Shown here piece after piece: positions 10,373 through 22,400 of a stretch of 57,085 bases of DNA (position 1 is its first letter; the number at the start of each line of letters is the position of its first letter). Both the position numbers and the translations under genes were made by a program. The stretch lies in IMG/VR virus record IMGVR_UViG_3300020603_000002. One strand, written 5' to 3'. The notes under the pieces were generated by a model. It did not search any database, had not been told where the DNA came from, and saw nothing but the letters and a program-made list of their open reading frames with translations. This DNA is from an uncultured virus (IMG/VR IMGVR_UViG_3300020603_000002) (Duplodnaviria; Heunggongvirae; Uroviricota; Caudoviricetes).

Positions 10373-11764
10373 TTAATTATTTGTTTGATTTTGGGAGTCC
10401 TTTTGTTTCCTTTTTTCAAGTAACTCTCTAACTCTTTGTCTTTGTCTTTCCTCTTTTTGTTCTTCTAACCCTAAGAAAGTCATAGAGCTTTCAGTATCAA
10501 TTTCAATCATTGCATTATCAAATTTACAATTTTCAAACACTACCCCATCATCACCTATTCGAGACTTTGTTATCGCGATGGTTGCCAACTTTAATTCTTT
10601 TTGTTGCAACGTTTTAGCCACCGAGATAATAACATGTCCGACTTGTGCTTTTTTAATTGATCCACCCATTTGATCGGTCGTTACAAGTTCTGAAGATATT
10701 GATGACCTATTTCCTTGAGTTGCGGTCCATCCAACTAAGTTCATTTCGTGACACATAGCCTCGAATGCTCTCATAACAGATCCTTCACTTTTCCACTCAT
10801 CACCTAAGTTTTTGTCAGGAACAATACAATCAATATAGTCTAAAACAACCATATCAATTTTAATTCCTTCGGAAACCATTTTTCTAATTTGATTTTTAAT
10901 TTGTAACATCGTGAGTGTATCAGATGGAAGTTTTTTCAAAATAAGTTTGTTTGGCATCTTGTCGTGGATCTCTGTAACCGTATTCATAACATCTTTCTTT
11001 TTTTCTGACAAATCATCAGGATGAATCTTTGTCCATAATGTGAAGTGTTTTCTTTGTATTACTTTTGGGTTGTCTTCGAAAAAGATTTGTAAAACATTGA
11101 AACCAAGGTTAAATGCGTGGTTTGAGATTTTGGTTAGTACCGTAGATTTTCCAACACCAGTTGGTGCTAAAATAACTCCGATTTCACCTTTAGCCAAACC
11201 ACCTTTTAATAGTCTGTCAATTCCAGATATACCCATAGGTATAGGATGTCTATAATCATCTTCGAGAACTTGATCAAGGTTTGAGAATACGTCTAACATT
11301 GACGTATCTTTTGCTCCGACCTGAAGGGCCGTTTTTACCATTTCTTCGAGAGTGTCATAGTTTTCAAACTCGCCCCCATCAATGATCTTCTGTGCTTTTC
11401 CCATAACCTTTTGAAGTTCTTGTTGTTTACAGAATTTCAATGCTTTTTCTTGAACAAAACCTACTCCATCAATAGGTGCATCTTTAATTTTTTTAATTGT
11501 GTCTAAGACAATCTTCGATGCCGTTGCCTGTTGTAGTTCAGATTTGCTTATTTGTTCAAGTGTTTCAAAAGACGGTGTGTGATCGTATTTTAGGTAATAC
11601 TCTTTTACCATTTGAATTAATATTTTAAAATACTTGTTTTCAAAATAACTGTTTTCGATAACATCAAGAATGGAGTGTGAAAAGTCTTTATCTACAATAA
11701 TTTGATTTAATAGTTGTAATTGAAAAGTGTTTCCTAAATACTCAAAATTTTTACTTGTCGCCAT
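10373..11764 (-). CDS. dnaB: Replicative DNA helicase (DnaB / T4 gp41-like)
   Basis: Walker A APTGVGKS preceded by GIDRLLKGGL, Walker B VVLDYID, then WTATQGNR and KSRIG. Confidence 0.9.
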   Translation of the reverse strand: MATSKNFEYLGNTFQLQLLNQIIVDKDFSHSILDVIENSYFENKYFKILIQMVKEYYLKYDHTPSFETLEQISKSELQQATASKIVLDTIKKIKDAPIDGVGFVQEKALKFCKQQELQKVMGKAQKIIDGGEFENYDTLEEMVKTALQVGAKDTSMLDVFSNLDQVLEDDYRHPIPMGISGIDRLLKGGLAKGEIGVILAPTGVGKSTVLTKISNHAFNLGFNVLQIFFEDNPKVIQRKHFTLWTKIHPDDLSEKKKDVMNTVTEIHDKMPNKLILKKLPSDTLTMLQIKNQIRKMVSEGIKIDMVVLDYIDCIVPDKNLGDEWKSEGSVMRAFEAMCHEMNLVGWTATQGNRSSISSELVTTDQMGGSIKKAQVGHVIISVAKTLQQKELKLATIAITKSRIGDDGVVFENCKFDNAMIEIDTESSMTFLGLEEQKEERQRQRVRELLEKRKQKDSQNQTNN

Positions 11765-11797
11765 ATGTTTTTTTCCTGTTGGTAAAAATAAATAGTC

Positions 11798-12247
11798 TTA
11801 GTTTTTAATAAATTCAGAATAAAAATAATTATATTTTTTACCTGAAAAAATGTCAGTAAGTGACGCAAGTATGTTTTTTAACTTTGGCCGTAGGTCTACG
11901 GTATATCTGACCTTTGGAGGATAAACTTTAGCATCAAACTCACGCTGACAAATTGTCATGTCTCCAAGTTTAATTATCAAGTTAAAATTTTCAGGACCTT
12001 CAGTAATTGATGTGTCTAACACATTAGGATTCTCAAAAATTTCATATTGATTATCTAACATATAAGTTACCGATCTCATTTTTAAATCATACTTGAGTTC
12101 ATTACATAAACTTGTAATGTGTTCATAAAACTCTTCAGATTTATGAGCGTTCTTATTAAACCCTCTAACATTAAAAAATCGTTGAACTACAATGTTGTTA
12201 TTACACATTAACAAAAATTCTAATTTTGTTATATCCTGGTCTTTCAT
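11798..12247 (-). CDS. Hypothetical protein
   Basis: 149-aa ORF whose ATG overlaps the stop of the exonuclease gene, inside the replication operon. Confidence 0.7.
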   Translation of the reverse strand: MKDQDITKLEFLLMCNNNIVVQRFFNVRGFNKNAHKSEEFYEHITSLCNELKYDLKMRSVTYMLDNQYEIFENPNVLDTSITEGPENFNLIIKLGDMTICQREFDAKVYPPKVRYTVDLRPKLKNILASLTDIFSGKKYNYFYSEFIKN

Positions 12248-13266
12248 TTGTTTGTTTTATTTTTGTTATTTCTAAATTTTTGTTTTTCTTTTCTTGTTAA
12301 TTTTAGGAATGGTTTTAAAAAACTTACCCAAGCGTCGTCACCCTTCGGTAAGTATTTAAAAAACCCGTCCTCCATCATCATTCGAATTAGATTTCTATAC
12401 CCTCTTCCGTCGGGATCCATCGACTCTGAGTAATATAGTCCAACTAATTCTTTTTCCTCTTCATTTAAAAGGGGGTTATCCAAGTTAACAAGTTTTTCGT
12501 TGATTACAAAAAACTCATCACCAAAAATACCCTCTTTTGTTTTCCCACTGAGGAGGTTATGAAGAACAACGTTTTCTTTTTCTTCTTTTAAAAGTTTTTC
12601 ACTCTTTTGTAAAATATATACTAATTCAACATGTTGTTCAAGTAACTCAGGAAACATTTTAATTAAAGTTTTCTCACCAAGATAGAATATACCATCAATA
12701 TTGTCGGAGATATCTCCTGTGAGTATTTTAATTGTTTTAACATTATAGTGAGGGACTTCGATATCGTGAAGTTTTATTTTATCTCCCAACTTATAATATT
12801 TTTTTGTGGATGGTGAATAAATCGAAACTTTTTCGTCAATCAGTTGAGTCAAATCTCTGTCACTCGAAAAGATTGTTTTTTCTTCGTCTAAAGAGACTTT
12901 GCAGTACTGAGCAATTAAGTCATCAGCTTCTGCATGTTCTGTCTCCAGTTGTCTTACAAACATCTCCTCAAGGTATTGTTTAACCCTTTGTTTTTGTTCC
13001 AAAAAAGATTCTTCTTTCAATTCCGTTTCAGATGATTTACGGTTTAACTTATACTTGGGATAAATTAATCTTCTCTGAGTCGATGAAGTTTTAGAGTCCC
13101 AAAGAACAACAACTTTATTGTAGTTATGTTCTTCGAGGAATTTGCGAAGAGTGTTTATAAAGTGCCATACACCACCAACATGTTTTCCATTATGATAGAA
13201 ATCTCTAACACCATGAAATCCAATTTTCAATAAATTATTTCCATCTACTAATAATGTTTTGGACAC
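12244..13266 (-). CDS. 5'-3' exonuclease / flap endonuclease (T4 RNase H / PolA N-terminal-like)
   Basis: Motifs LLVDGNNL, YPKYKLNR, EADDLIA, SSDRDLTQL and GDISDNIDGIFYLGEKT. Confidence 0.9.
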   Translation of the reverse strand: MSKTLLVDGNNLLKIGFHGVRDFYHNGKHVGGVWHFINTLRKFLEEHNYNKVVVLWDSKTSSTQRRLIYPKYKLNRKSSETELKEESFLEQKQRVKQYLEEMFVRQLETEHAEADDLIAQYCKVSLDEEKTIFSSDRDLTQLIDEKVSIYSPSTKKYYKLGDKIKLHDIEVPHYNVKTIKILTGDISDNIDGIFYLGEKTLIKMFPELLEQHVELVYILQKSEKLLKEEKENVVLHNLLSGKTKEGIFGDEFFVINEKLVNLDNPLLNEEEKELVGLYYSESMDPDGRGYRNLIRMMMEDGFFKYLPKGDDAWVSFLKPFLKLTRKEKQKFRNNKNKTNK

Positions 13267-13287
13267 TTCCTGAAAATTAAATGATTT

Positions 13288-14295
13288 CTACTCTACTTCT
13301 TCTTTTTCTGTTTTCAGATCAAAGTCACCATCAACTCCGATTATATCTTTCCAATAGTCAGCATACTCTTTCTTATACTTTTCTATTGATGCCTTTTCTT
13401 CGGTTGTATCTTTACCGGGTAAAAATCCGTGGGGAGTTACAATAATTCTTCCGTCTTCAAAACCAAGACCATTAATGTGGTTTTTCATAACTGACACTTT
13501 TGTCCTTGAAGCAAACTTTACAGTCCTCTTATCTTTTGTTGCTGTGATCTTTGTTGTACCAGCACCTTTTTGATTACCAAATAAGAACACCAAAGAGGAA
13601 TTTAACCAAATTGCTTCACCACCTTTTGCCTTAATTTTTGGTTGACCAAAAGGATTATCGGGCAACTCTACCCATGGTTGGTTAACCACTATCAAAGTAT
13701 TTTCGTGTTTGGAATCTGATTTACGAGATCCTGAAATTCTTTGGTTAATACCCATACCGATTTTGTCGGCCAATGCTGCTGCATTGTGTTGTTTTCCACC
13801 TCGCCCTTCATAAGTCATTTTACATGGAACTGATCCGACTGAATCCCACACTATACAAAGTGAATAATCTAACTCACCTTTTTCTTGTGCATCCAATAAA
13901 TCGTTTATATATTCCGTAATTTGTTCAATGTAGTCGAAGTTATTATTAAATAAGAAAAATCCATCCCATGTTAATTCACCCGTTTCTTCATCTACCACTT
14001 CTTCACAGTCAAGTCCCATAAGTTTGGAGTGTTCAAAAGACCACTTCTGTTCAGTAATAATAAAAACAGGAAGAATACCCTTTTTTTGTGCGTCAACTGC
14101 AGTTTTAATAAGTGCAGTAGTTTTTCCTGTATCCGAGTGACCGAGCAACATATTCAAGTGTCCTATTGCAGGACCAGGTAATCCAACCGCATCAAGGAAT
14201 TCTGAACCAAGATCAAAAAATCTTTGTGGTTTATATTTTGCGTCCGCAGAGAACTTCTTTTTTATCGAAGTAAAGTCATTTTTCTTAAGAGCCAT
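13288..14295 (-). CDS. recA: RecA/UvsX-like recombinase
   Basis: Walker A GHSDTGKT, Walker B IVWDSVGS, then VVNQ, KGGEAI and KNHING. Confidence 0.85.
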   Translation of the reverse strand: MALKKNDFTSIKKKFSADAKYKPQRFFDLGSEFLDAVGLPGPAIGHLNMLLGHSDTGKTTALIKTAVDAQKKGILPVFIITEQKWSFEHSKLMGLDCEEVVDEETGELTWDGFFLFNNNFDYIEQITEYINDLLDAQEKGELDYSLCIVWDSVGSVPCKMTYEGRGGKQHNAAALADKIGMGINQRISGSRKSDSKHENTLIVVNQPWVELPDNPFGQPKIKAKGGEAIWLNSSLVFLFGNQKGAGTTKITATKDKRTVKFASRTKVSVMKNHINGLGFEDGRIIVTPHGFLPGKDTTEEKASIEKYKKEYADYWKDIIGVDGDFDLKTEKEEVE

Positions 14296-14516
14296 TATAG
14301 TCCGTGAATTTTAAAATTTGCGATTGTTTCTAACTTATCTTTTGCATTTGTCATCTGCTCAACTAAGTTATCCATTTCTTCTGTATGTTGTGGATGTTCT
14401 CCAATACCAACAGGATTTGTGAAATAAATATAAAGTCTTGCTTCTGCATCTGCGATTTCTGCCTCATATTTTTTTACAAGGGCTTCTTGTAATTTTTCTA
14501 CCATAAAAGGGTTCAT
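14295..14516 (-). CDS. Hypothetical protein (about 73 aa)
   Basis: Helical ORF with a GIGEHPQH motif. Start moved from 14552, which lies inside a terminator hairpin, to the ATG at 14516. Its stop overlaps the recA start. Confidence 0.7.
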   Translation of the reverse strand: MNPFMVEKLQEALVKKYEAEIADAEARLYIYFTNPVGIGEHPQHTEEMDNLVEQMTNAKDKLETIANFKIHGL

Positions 14517-14540
14517 AATTTGTTTTTTAAAAATATAAAC

Positions 14541-14572
14541 AAAAAAGGGCACTTTGTATATAAAAAGTACCC
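14541..14572 (-). terminator. Probable intrinsic terminator/attenuator downstream of the SSB gene
   Basis: Minus strand reads GGGTACTTT-loop-AAAGTGCCC (one G-U pair) followed by a T-run. Confidence 0.65.
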
Positions 14573-14586
14573 AATTTTTTGTGTGA

Positions 14587-15450
14587 TTAAAACGGTAATT
14601 GTTCGTCGATTTCGTCTTCTAACTGTGGGTCATTGACTTCGTTAATTAGTTTAGAAGTTGATTTTCCTCCTAAAGAAACTTCTGAAGTTTCATCATTCGA
14701 ATAAACATACCCACCTTTTTCTGAGTCCCAACGTGGAGTTTCTCCTCGTGCAATTGCTTCGAGATATTCAACAGGTTTTTTAGAGTATACATCTTCCCAA
14801 GTCATTCCGTCCTCAACCCATTCTTTACCTTGAGTGACATCATTTGAAATTGATGATGGATCGTCATACATTACTGTTTGAATTACCGTATAAGTCGCTC
14901 CTTTCGGAGTTTTTGCTTTAGTCAATTCTAAAATAAGGTCTCGACCATTATCAGGATCTGTAATATCACCTTTAGCCTTCCAAATAGGAATAATTTTGTC
15001 AAGGATTCCTTCTTGTTTGTAGTTGTGTTTGAAACGCCAAAATTTTACTCCGTCTTGTTCGTTGTCACGATCAATAACTTTAACAATGTAAAACTTCCGA
15101 GCTTTGTATTGTTTTGCAAGTTCTTTATCAGACTCTCTACCCGTTGATATAAGTTCTTCATAAACCTCATTCAAGGGTGAACGCTCATTATCATTTTTTG
15201 ATGGATCATAAAATTTTTGCCATTTTCCGTCCACTTGAACTTCGTGGAACCATACTTCTTTAAACGGTGAAGATCCGTCGGACGTTGGTAAGATTCTAAG
15301 TTTTCTTTGTCCTTGTTTTTCATTGTCTTTCAAAAGAGCCGCAAAGTATTTCTTCATTCGGTCTTCAGATGACATTTTTAATGTAGTGTTAGAACTACTT
15401 TGTGATTTTTCGTACTGCGCAAGTACTGCGTTTAGTGAATTTGTCGCCAT
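14587..15450 (-). CDS. Single-stranded DNA-binding protein (T4 gp32-like)
   Basis: Motifs LRILP, PFKEVWFH, VKVIDRD, GVKFWRF, DITDPDNGRDL and an acidic C-terminal tail ending DEQLPF. Next to recA. Confidence 0.8.
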   Translation of the reverse strand: MATNSLNAVLAQYEKSQSSSNTTLKMSSEDRMKKYFAALLKDNEKQGQRKLRILPTSDGSSPFKEVWFHEVQVDGKWQKFYDPSKNDNERSPLNEVYEELISTGRESDKELAKQYKARKFYIVKVIDRDNEQDGVKFWRFKHNYKQEGILDKIIPIWKAKGDITDPDNGRDLILELTKAKTPKGATYTVIQTVMYDDPSSISNDVTQGKEWVEDGMTWEDVYSKKPVEYLEAIARGETPRWDSEKGGYVYSNDETSEVSLGGKSTSKLINEVNDPQLEDEIDEQLPF

Positions 15451-15484
15451 GTGTAATTAAAAATTTAAAGTTTATGTGTAAAAA

Positions 15485-15513
15485 AGTATAAGTATATAGA
15501 AAGGTTTTGTCAA
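15485..15513 (-). promoter_or_regulatory. Sigma70-type promoter driving the SSB-recA-exonuclease-dnaB-nrdJ operon
   Basis: Minus strand TTGACA (15513-15508), 17-nt spacer, TATACT (15490-15485), about 35 nt upstream of the SSB ATG. Confidence 0.8.
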
Positions 15514-15528
15514 TTGGTGTTGAAAAAA

Positions 15529-16200
15529 TTAAGAGTTATATTTGTTCAATAATATGTCGTCTTCATCGTCCATCGGTTCATTGAAAGATTTTTCAATTTC
15601 AGATGGGCTAAAACTTTCAACTTCATCTTGTGTTAGTACGTACTCATTTTTTCCCGTTTTCTCCATTTCTTGTTGTTTATCTTGGAAAAAGTCGGCCAAA
15701 TTTTGTTTGAATGGCCCTGAGTCTAGTGATCTTAGTTGTAATTTTTCTTGAGCCGTCTTTGGTCTATATTTTTCGACCTTTGTGTCTAATGTGTCAAGTT
15801 TAGAGACAATAGAATCCATTTCCGCCAATTTTTCTTCCATTTTTTTTATTTGGTCGAACAAATTAGTAAAATATTCTTCTTGTTTATCTGCCATCGTTTT
15901 TTGTGAATCAACCAAGTCTGTTATGTCAAGTTCTTCAGTTTCTCCTTCGGCCCCTTCCTCCCCTTCGACTGGTACTTCTTCAACATCAGGATCTGTTTTA
16001 GGATCTATAGGTGCCCCCTCAGCTTCGGCTGGCGGTGTGGGTGGTGCTCCTGCCGCTGCTGGATCTACGGGTGGTGCTCCTGCCGCTAACGGATCCGCAG
16101 CTGGTTCTGCGGGTGGTGGTGGAACCTCTTGTTCCATTATGTAATTGTTGATAGACCTATATCTAGCAAGTTCATTTAATATTTTTTCGTCTAATTTCAT
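15529..16200 (-). CDS. Hypothetical acidic protein with Pro/Ala-rich linker and coiled coil
   Basis: 223-aa ORF with a PPPPAEPAADPLAAGAPP low-complexity segment and a heptad-like region (QEEYFTNLFDQIKKMEEKLAEMDSIVSKLDTLDTKVE). Confidence 0.75.
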   Translation of the reverse strand: MKLDEKILNELARYRSINNYIMEQEVPPPPAEPAADPLAAGAPPVDPAAAGAPPTPPAEAEGAPIDPKTDPDVEEVPVEGEEGAEGETEELDITDLVDSQKTMADKQEEYFTNLFDQIKKMEEKLAEMDSIVSKLDTLDTKVEKYRPKTAQEKLQLRSLDSGPFKQNLADFFQDKQQEMEKTGKNEYVLTQDEVESFSPSEIEKSFNEPMDDEDDILLNKYNS

Positions 16201-16201
16201 T

Positions 16202-16426
16202 TTATCCGTTTAGTAAAGTTTTTATACCATGGTTGGTTTCTACTTGTATTTTTTTGAATGTTTTCATAGTATTGTCAACTCGTTCAATTAAACCGTCTTT
16301 TATTCGAACTGTGTAACAATCTCCAGTATCAAGGTCACAAACTTGTTTAGTTCCGTCACCCATGTCTTTCTCGGAAACTCTTGTGTTTTTACCAAGATAA
16401 TTATCCAATATCATTTTTGTACTCAT
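16202..16426 (-). CDS. Hypothetical protein (74 aa)
   Basis: ORF with CDLDTGDC, a TATTTATA motif upstream and tight packing with the next gene. Confidence 0.7.
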   Translation of the reverse strand: MSTKMILDNYLGKNTRVSEKDMGDGTKQVCDLDTGDCYTVRIKDGLIERVDNTMKTFKKIQVETNHGIKTLLNG

Positions 16427-16447
16427 ATCGTTTTTTATTTATAAATA

Positions 16448-19400
16448 TCATGTTATTGTAAAAGTTTGAACTGTTAAAAAAGCATTGTTAGCTTTTAGGA
16501 ACTCATCTCTTAAACTTAATTTTTCTTGTTCGGTTAGTGTGGTGTAAACATTAGGTGGTTGTTCGACCGGGTAATTTAATACATACATTTTTGCAATAGC
16601 CGAAGAAACACCTTCTCTAGTGTTAAAATCAAAATTATTTTGTTCTGCTTTTAATAAAGTTAAGATTGGACTAGTTTTATCTACAAGAAATTTTACAAAA
16701 TCTTCAAACGAATTAAAAGCAGCAATTGGTAAATTTGAATTTGTTCCTCTTGTAACACAAAAATAATTTTTCTTGATTAAATTAATAAAGTTCGGTCCGT
16801 ATATTTCTTTAAGGTTTATTGTATTGTAATTATGCTCGTATGAAAATATACCGTTTTCTTTACCTGAATCTACATATACAAAACTAAAGGCCATGTTTGC
16901 AATAACAGCAGTTGTTTCACCTGTTGCCGAATAACCGCTTGCAATTAACTGTTTTTTAATCTGTTCGAATAACTGTTTTATAGTTTGTGTGGTTGGTTTC
17001 GGTGTATCGAGTCCAGTATACTTTAAGTATATAGGATTTATATTTTCAACACAATCTTGATTTTTAGTTAATGTTTCCTCTGATTTAATATTAGACAAAA
17101 TATTATCTTTTTGTGCTAATACATTTTTGGAACTTTCTCTTTCTTTTTTCTCGTTCTGTTGGATTCTTGTTTGAATTGTTTCTAAAATTTTAATATTAAG
17201 TGTTTGTAAAAAATTATCAATTTTTGGAAGAGAGTAAAAAGGTTGTCTTGTTCCTTGAAAATTAGTAGTAAAATTTTCCTCAGATATATCGTGTGTGATT
17301 TTGGTAATCATATAAGGTCCTGAAAACATTGGAACATTTCTTATATTAAAATACATCATAGGTTGTATCAAAGCACAACCCATCATATCCACACTACATT
17401 CATAACTTCTATTTTTATATAAATTATATAAAGACACTGACTGTGTTGTAGATCTTCTGTTTCCACCTAAATTTGCCATCTGATTTAGCATTTCTAGTGA
17501 CTCAGCGGTCGGTTTACCAGGTGTTTGATTTACAGCAAAACTTTTGAAAATTTGTTGGTTTGGTCTTGTAATGTCGACATTAAATCCAACAACTTTATTT
17601 GATTTGTCCCAATCTTTTTTATAAGACTGATTTTCTTGCAAAGGATTATCACTAGCCCTTCTCAAATCAAACGCATCATCTCTATATCTATAATCTATAT
17701 TATCTTTCATGTCTAAGTGTTCGCTTGGTTTATTTGCATAGTAGCATAAAAATTTGGGAGAACTGTTTCTATAGTCAACATTCAAAAACGTTCCAAAAAG
17801 TGTGTTACCAAATTCTAATGTTCCATCAGGTCTTGGTGTTGGGTTTTTTTGCGTGTCTTGTACGTTGTAAAAATTAACATATGATGGCAACATAAAATAT
17901 TGAAAGTTATTCTGAACTAAAATAGTCGTAATCATATCTAACAAAGTGTTTTTATAACTTCCATCTTTTATAAGATCTTGGATTAAAAAAATGTCAACAA
18001 TAATTTTATCTCCAACATTTCTACTTGCCCGGTCAACCAGCATCACATCCTCAAAAAGTGTTTTGTTTTGGAAATCAAAACCCGCAATCCAACTATCGTT
18101 TAAAGCCTTGAATGTTTCCCATAGTTCAGTTCTTGTTTGTTCCGTAAATCCGGCTTCCAAATTAGCCCTATTTTCGGCAAATTCTTGATTTATTAGAACT
18201 GAAGGTAAGTTTTTTCTAACTTGTGGTAACATAACATTAATTACATTACCAATATAATTATCAGATTCTATAATATAACTATCCATTAAATTGTAGAAAG
18301 ATGTTAGATTTAAATTATTCTTTTTTAATTTTTCGCTAGCGTAAAGTTTAATAATAGGTGCAAAGTCTTCAACATTTTTTTCATTAAACTGCACGTTCAT
18401 ATCAATAAAAAAATCAGTAATGTAAGATCCATTATTTTTATATTCCAATTCAGGAATTGATGATGTCCCAACATAGTTTAATAATTTTTTCCATGTCTCA
18501 GGACTTTGCTGTTGCGATGCCGATAACGATACTTGAGGCGGAAGTGTTCCATTTTCGTACGGACCATATATAAATGGATCTTCTAAAAATCTTGTCGAAA
18601 AAGTCAGATACAATCTTCTGTTAAACTGTGTTGGGTTACCAAATTTGAAAACTATATCATAGTTCATGAAACCTGATAAGACTTGTTGAAACTGAGTATT
18701 TTGACTTGCGATTATTTCTGTGAGTTTCGTTTCTGGCGAAGTTCCTGTTGGCGTTTGAATTTTCAGGAGTTCTCTCATCAGTCCCTGAAAATTTTTATAT
18801 GTTTGGTCACTAACTATTGTTTTGAAGTTCGGTTGATTATTACTTACTTGTGTGTAGGACCCATCCTGATTTTTCATAACATTTAATTGTGTTAATGATT
18901 CAGAATTTGTTGTAGGTGGTAGTGTGTCGACATAGTCGTATATAGATCTACTAAAATTTAAAAATTCTGATTCAAATAAATCCAAAGTTTTAATGTCAAA
19001 AGTTGTAAACAACTCTTCAAAATTTGTATAGTCATTTTGTTTTCCAGTAATCAAAAAGTTTTGTTGATCTTTTTGTTCGTTAAGAATTTGTTTTAAATAT
19101 GTAATTGGATTATTTTTTTTGACTTGTGAATTATTGAACCATCCATATTGTGGAGCATTCCAAAATAACCTTACAGTTCCGTTGAACATAGATGGGTTAT
19201 CAAATAGTTCTTTTTTCATGTTACCGTTTCGGAAAGTCTCGTCTTTTGCTTGATTAATGTTTGTACCGAAAGATGGTAAGACATAGTAACCTGTAGTATC
19301 CGTAGTTCTTACAACAACGGAATATGGCGATATTCTCATTGTTCTTAACTTGTTAGATGGGTCAAAACCAATCGATCCATATATTGTAGAGTCCAAGGTA

Positions 19401-22400
19401 TTAAACATAATCAACTTTTTGTTATCTAAAAGTGGTTGTATTGATCCCGAAGATATTCCTTGTATGTATTGATTTTGGACAACAAATGGTGAAGTTACTG
19501 AATCAGCTTGATTAGATGAAATCAAGTAAATACCCTTACCACCTGTGGTTCCTGAAATTTGACTTATAATTGTTATATCCCCATTGAAATTGGGTCCATT
19601 TATAATTTGTCCTTGCGTTAAAACATTACTATATATTTGATCAACCTGTAAAGGGGGATTGAGAACTCTGAAGTCTGATGTTGTAGTGTTTGCGGTATAA
19701 GTGTTTAATTTATAAATACCATTAGAATTTGATGGCCCACTATATTGAGTTTGAATCGTTATCGCAGGATTGATTGTTGATCCCGATAGGATACTTCCTG
19801 TACCCAAAGAATTTAAAGTTAAGCCACTGACACTAACATAACTATTAAGAATGAAACTTGTTACATTCGATGTTAATCCTGGTGTAATGTTATAGGTTCC
19901 AGTTCCCCCACTTGTATTAGGCCCAAAACTATTAACAATTAAATTAATAATTGTATTCCCAATCGTAATTTTCAACTGATCTCCAACCGTAATTAAATTT
20001 TTAGTTATAGAACTTACACTCAACACATTCCCCGATGACGAACATGTACCAGTCACAGTAAAAACATTGCAATTACCACTGATACTTCGAGTTTTTGCAA
20101 TACCTGAAACTTGTGTTTGACCGCTAAAAAGTTTTAGTCCTTGTAAAAAAACGTTGAAGTCGTCCAGTGTCTGCGGATAAAATCCCGTTGTCATGTCGGT
20201 AAATGGCTTATTCCCCGTGGTTTGTTGTAACACTAAATTTTTTTGATTACCATCAATATTTAGATTAAAAGTTTTTGTGGATGATGAAAACCCTGGATCC
20301 CAATTTTCTAAATAATTAAAGTCTTTCCAAACATCGTCTATAAAATCTTTTCCTGTATTATCATAAATTTTATATCTATGCCAAATAGAACCGTACTTTA
20401 AAATCCAAGCATAGGGTAACTTATGAACCGCACCGAATTTTTTTATTGTTGCTAAAATATAACTCAAATCTGTAATTGCTTGACCATCAAATGTTTTGTA
20501 TTTTTCTCTTAAAGTTCCTAAAGGTAAACTATTAAGGAATAAGTAAGCCGCAGTTTTGTATGGATAAGGATCATTTTGTTTATATCTAAAATTAAATACC
20601 CCTTGTTGTATAGCATTAATAAAATATGGGGTGTTTAACATAGAAGTTGTTTGGGTTTGAGTTATATTTTCATTATAGTTTTCATATAAAATATTTCCTT
20701 CTGTAATTAATTGATCTTTAAGTTGTCTATCTTTATAAAAACTTTTCAAGTTTGAAATACTAGAATTTACATTTAGATCTAAAAAATTAAAGTGGGTAAA
20801 AGGTCTTACTTTGTTATCATCGTTATCTTCCGTGAAATTTGTAATTGTTAACTGAACGGTATTGTAATTTAAAACTTTTTGAGTGTCGAAAACTTCATTT
20901 GCGTTATTCAAAGATTTACCATCCGCCAAGTTTTTTTTATCCCATTTCAAATCAGTTATAGGATATGTGTCTCCAAATTCAAAAGTATTCGATACAGATG
21001 AATTTTCAAAATATTTAGTTAGGTTGGTTATGTTTTTCGGATTACTTACCGAAACATTCGGTTGGGATTTTGTTGAGATTATAATGTCCTCGTTAAATAA
21101 AACATTAGGATTTTCAACGTCATTTTTGATATAATTAGTTACAAATTGTCCTCTTATAAAAGATTGCCAACTTTCACCTTGTCCTTGATTGGAAATGTGT
21201 CTTAAAAATGGGACATAGTTGTTGCTATCCAAAAGATATTCTTTTATTGTTTTAGCCAAAAAAGGATTATCTTGCCCCAAACTTTTTAGAATATTCACGG
21301 CTTCATCATCACCTTCTGCTTCGTATATAGATAAATCATAACCTGATTTTCTGTTTAGTCTACTAAAATATGAATTTAGAATAATCCTTTCATATATTTC
21401 ATAAAAATATTTAGATTCTTCTTTATTTTGAAATACTTCATTGGAAATTGGAAAATCAATACCATTAAGTGAAATTCTTGATGGTTGGGAATCAAGTTCA
21501 TTAAATTCAGCCGCAGATTTGTCAGCGTCATTTTGTCTTTGTGTATAACCTTTTATAAACTGTTCAACAAATTCTACTTCAGGCCAAATTTCGGGATTAT
21601 AAGCTCGATATGAATTTGCGACATTTTGTGCGCCCGGATAAATAATTTGAAATTTTTCTTGATTATCGTCGCCAACAGTTTCTTGAATTACTTGGGGCCA
21701 AGGATAAATTGGTTCATTGTTTTGTGTTGATCCTTTGATGTCAACGCTTGGTGCAGTAGTTTGGTTTCCAAATATTGCGGCTTTTCTGTAAGGATTTTCT
21801 CTTTGTTCCCAAGCCTTTTTGTGAACTTCATCCATAAGTCTTAAAAAAGCCTCACCTTGACAATAAAAAACCGCTAAAATATTTCTAATTGAAGGTGTGA
21901 ATCCCAAACTTCCTTTACCTTGAGAATTGAATTTAGAAGCCAAATTTTCAGTAATTTGTTGTTCGATTTGGGTTCTAAACTTTTGTGCGGATTTTCCAAT
22001 ATTGTCTGTAATTGACATGAAAGATTTTGGGCCTTCGAAAAAATAAAAAACTCCATCAACCAATTTAAATAAATCTTCGAGTGTTCCTTTATAAATTTGG
22101 TATGCAATATCAGTGGACGTGACGCTTGATATTGGTGTGTTAGCCGGTGAAAGCTGTCCTTTTGGTGAGTTTGGTACATTTCTGAAACTTTTTTCTATGT
22201 CTACATTGGTGATAAGTTCTTTTTTTGTAAAAGTTTTAATGTCAATCGGTACAGAAATTTTACTTTGAACTACTTTTGTTCCAACTGTATACGAACCTTT
22301 TTCTCCAAAAACACTGTTTTCATTGAGTCTTTTGTTGTTCTCTAAAATAATTCCATTAAGTTCAGTTATTGCAGTCTCCCTTTTTTGAGCATCATATTCT

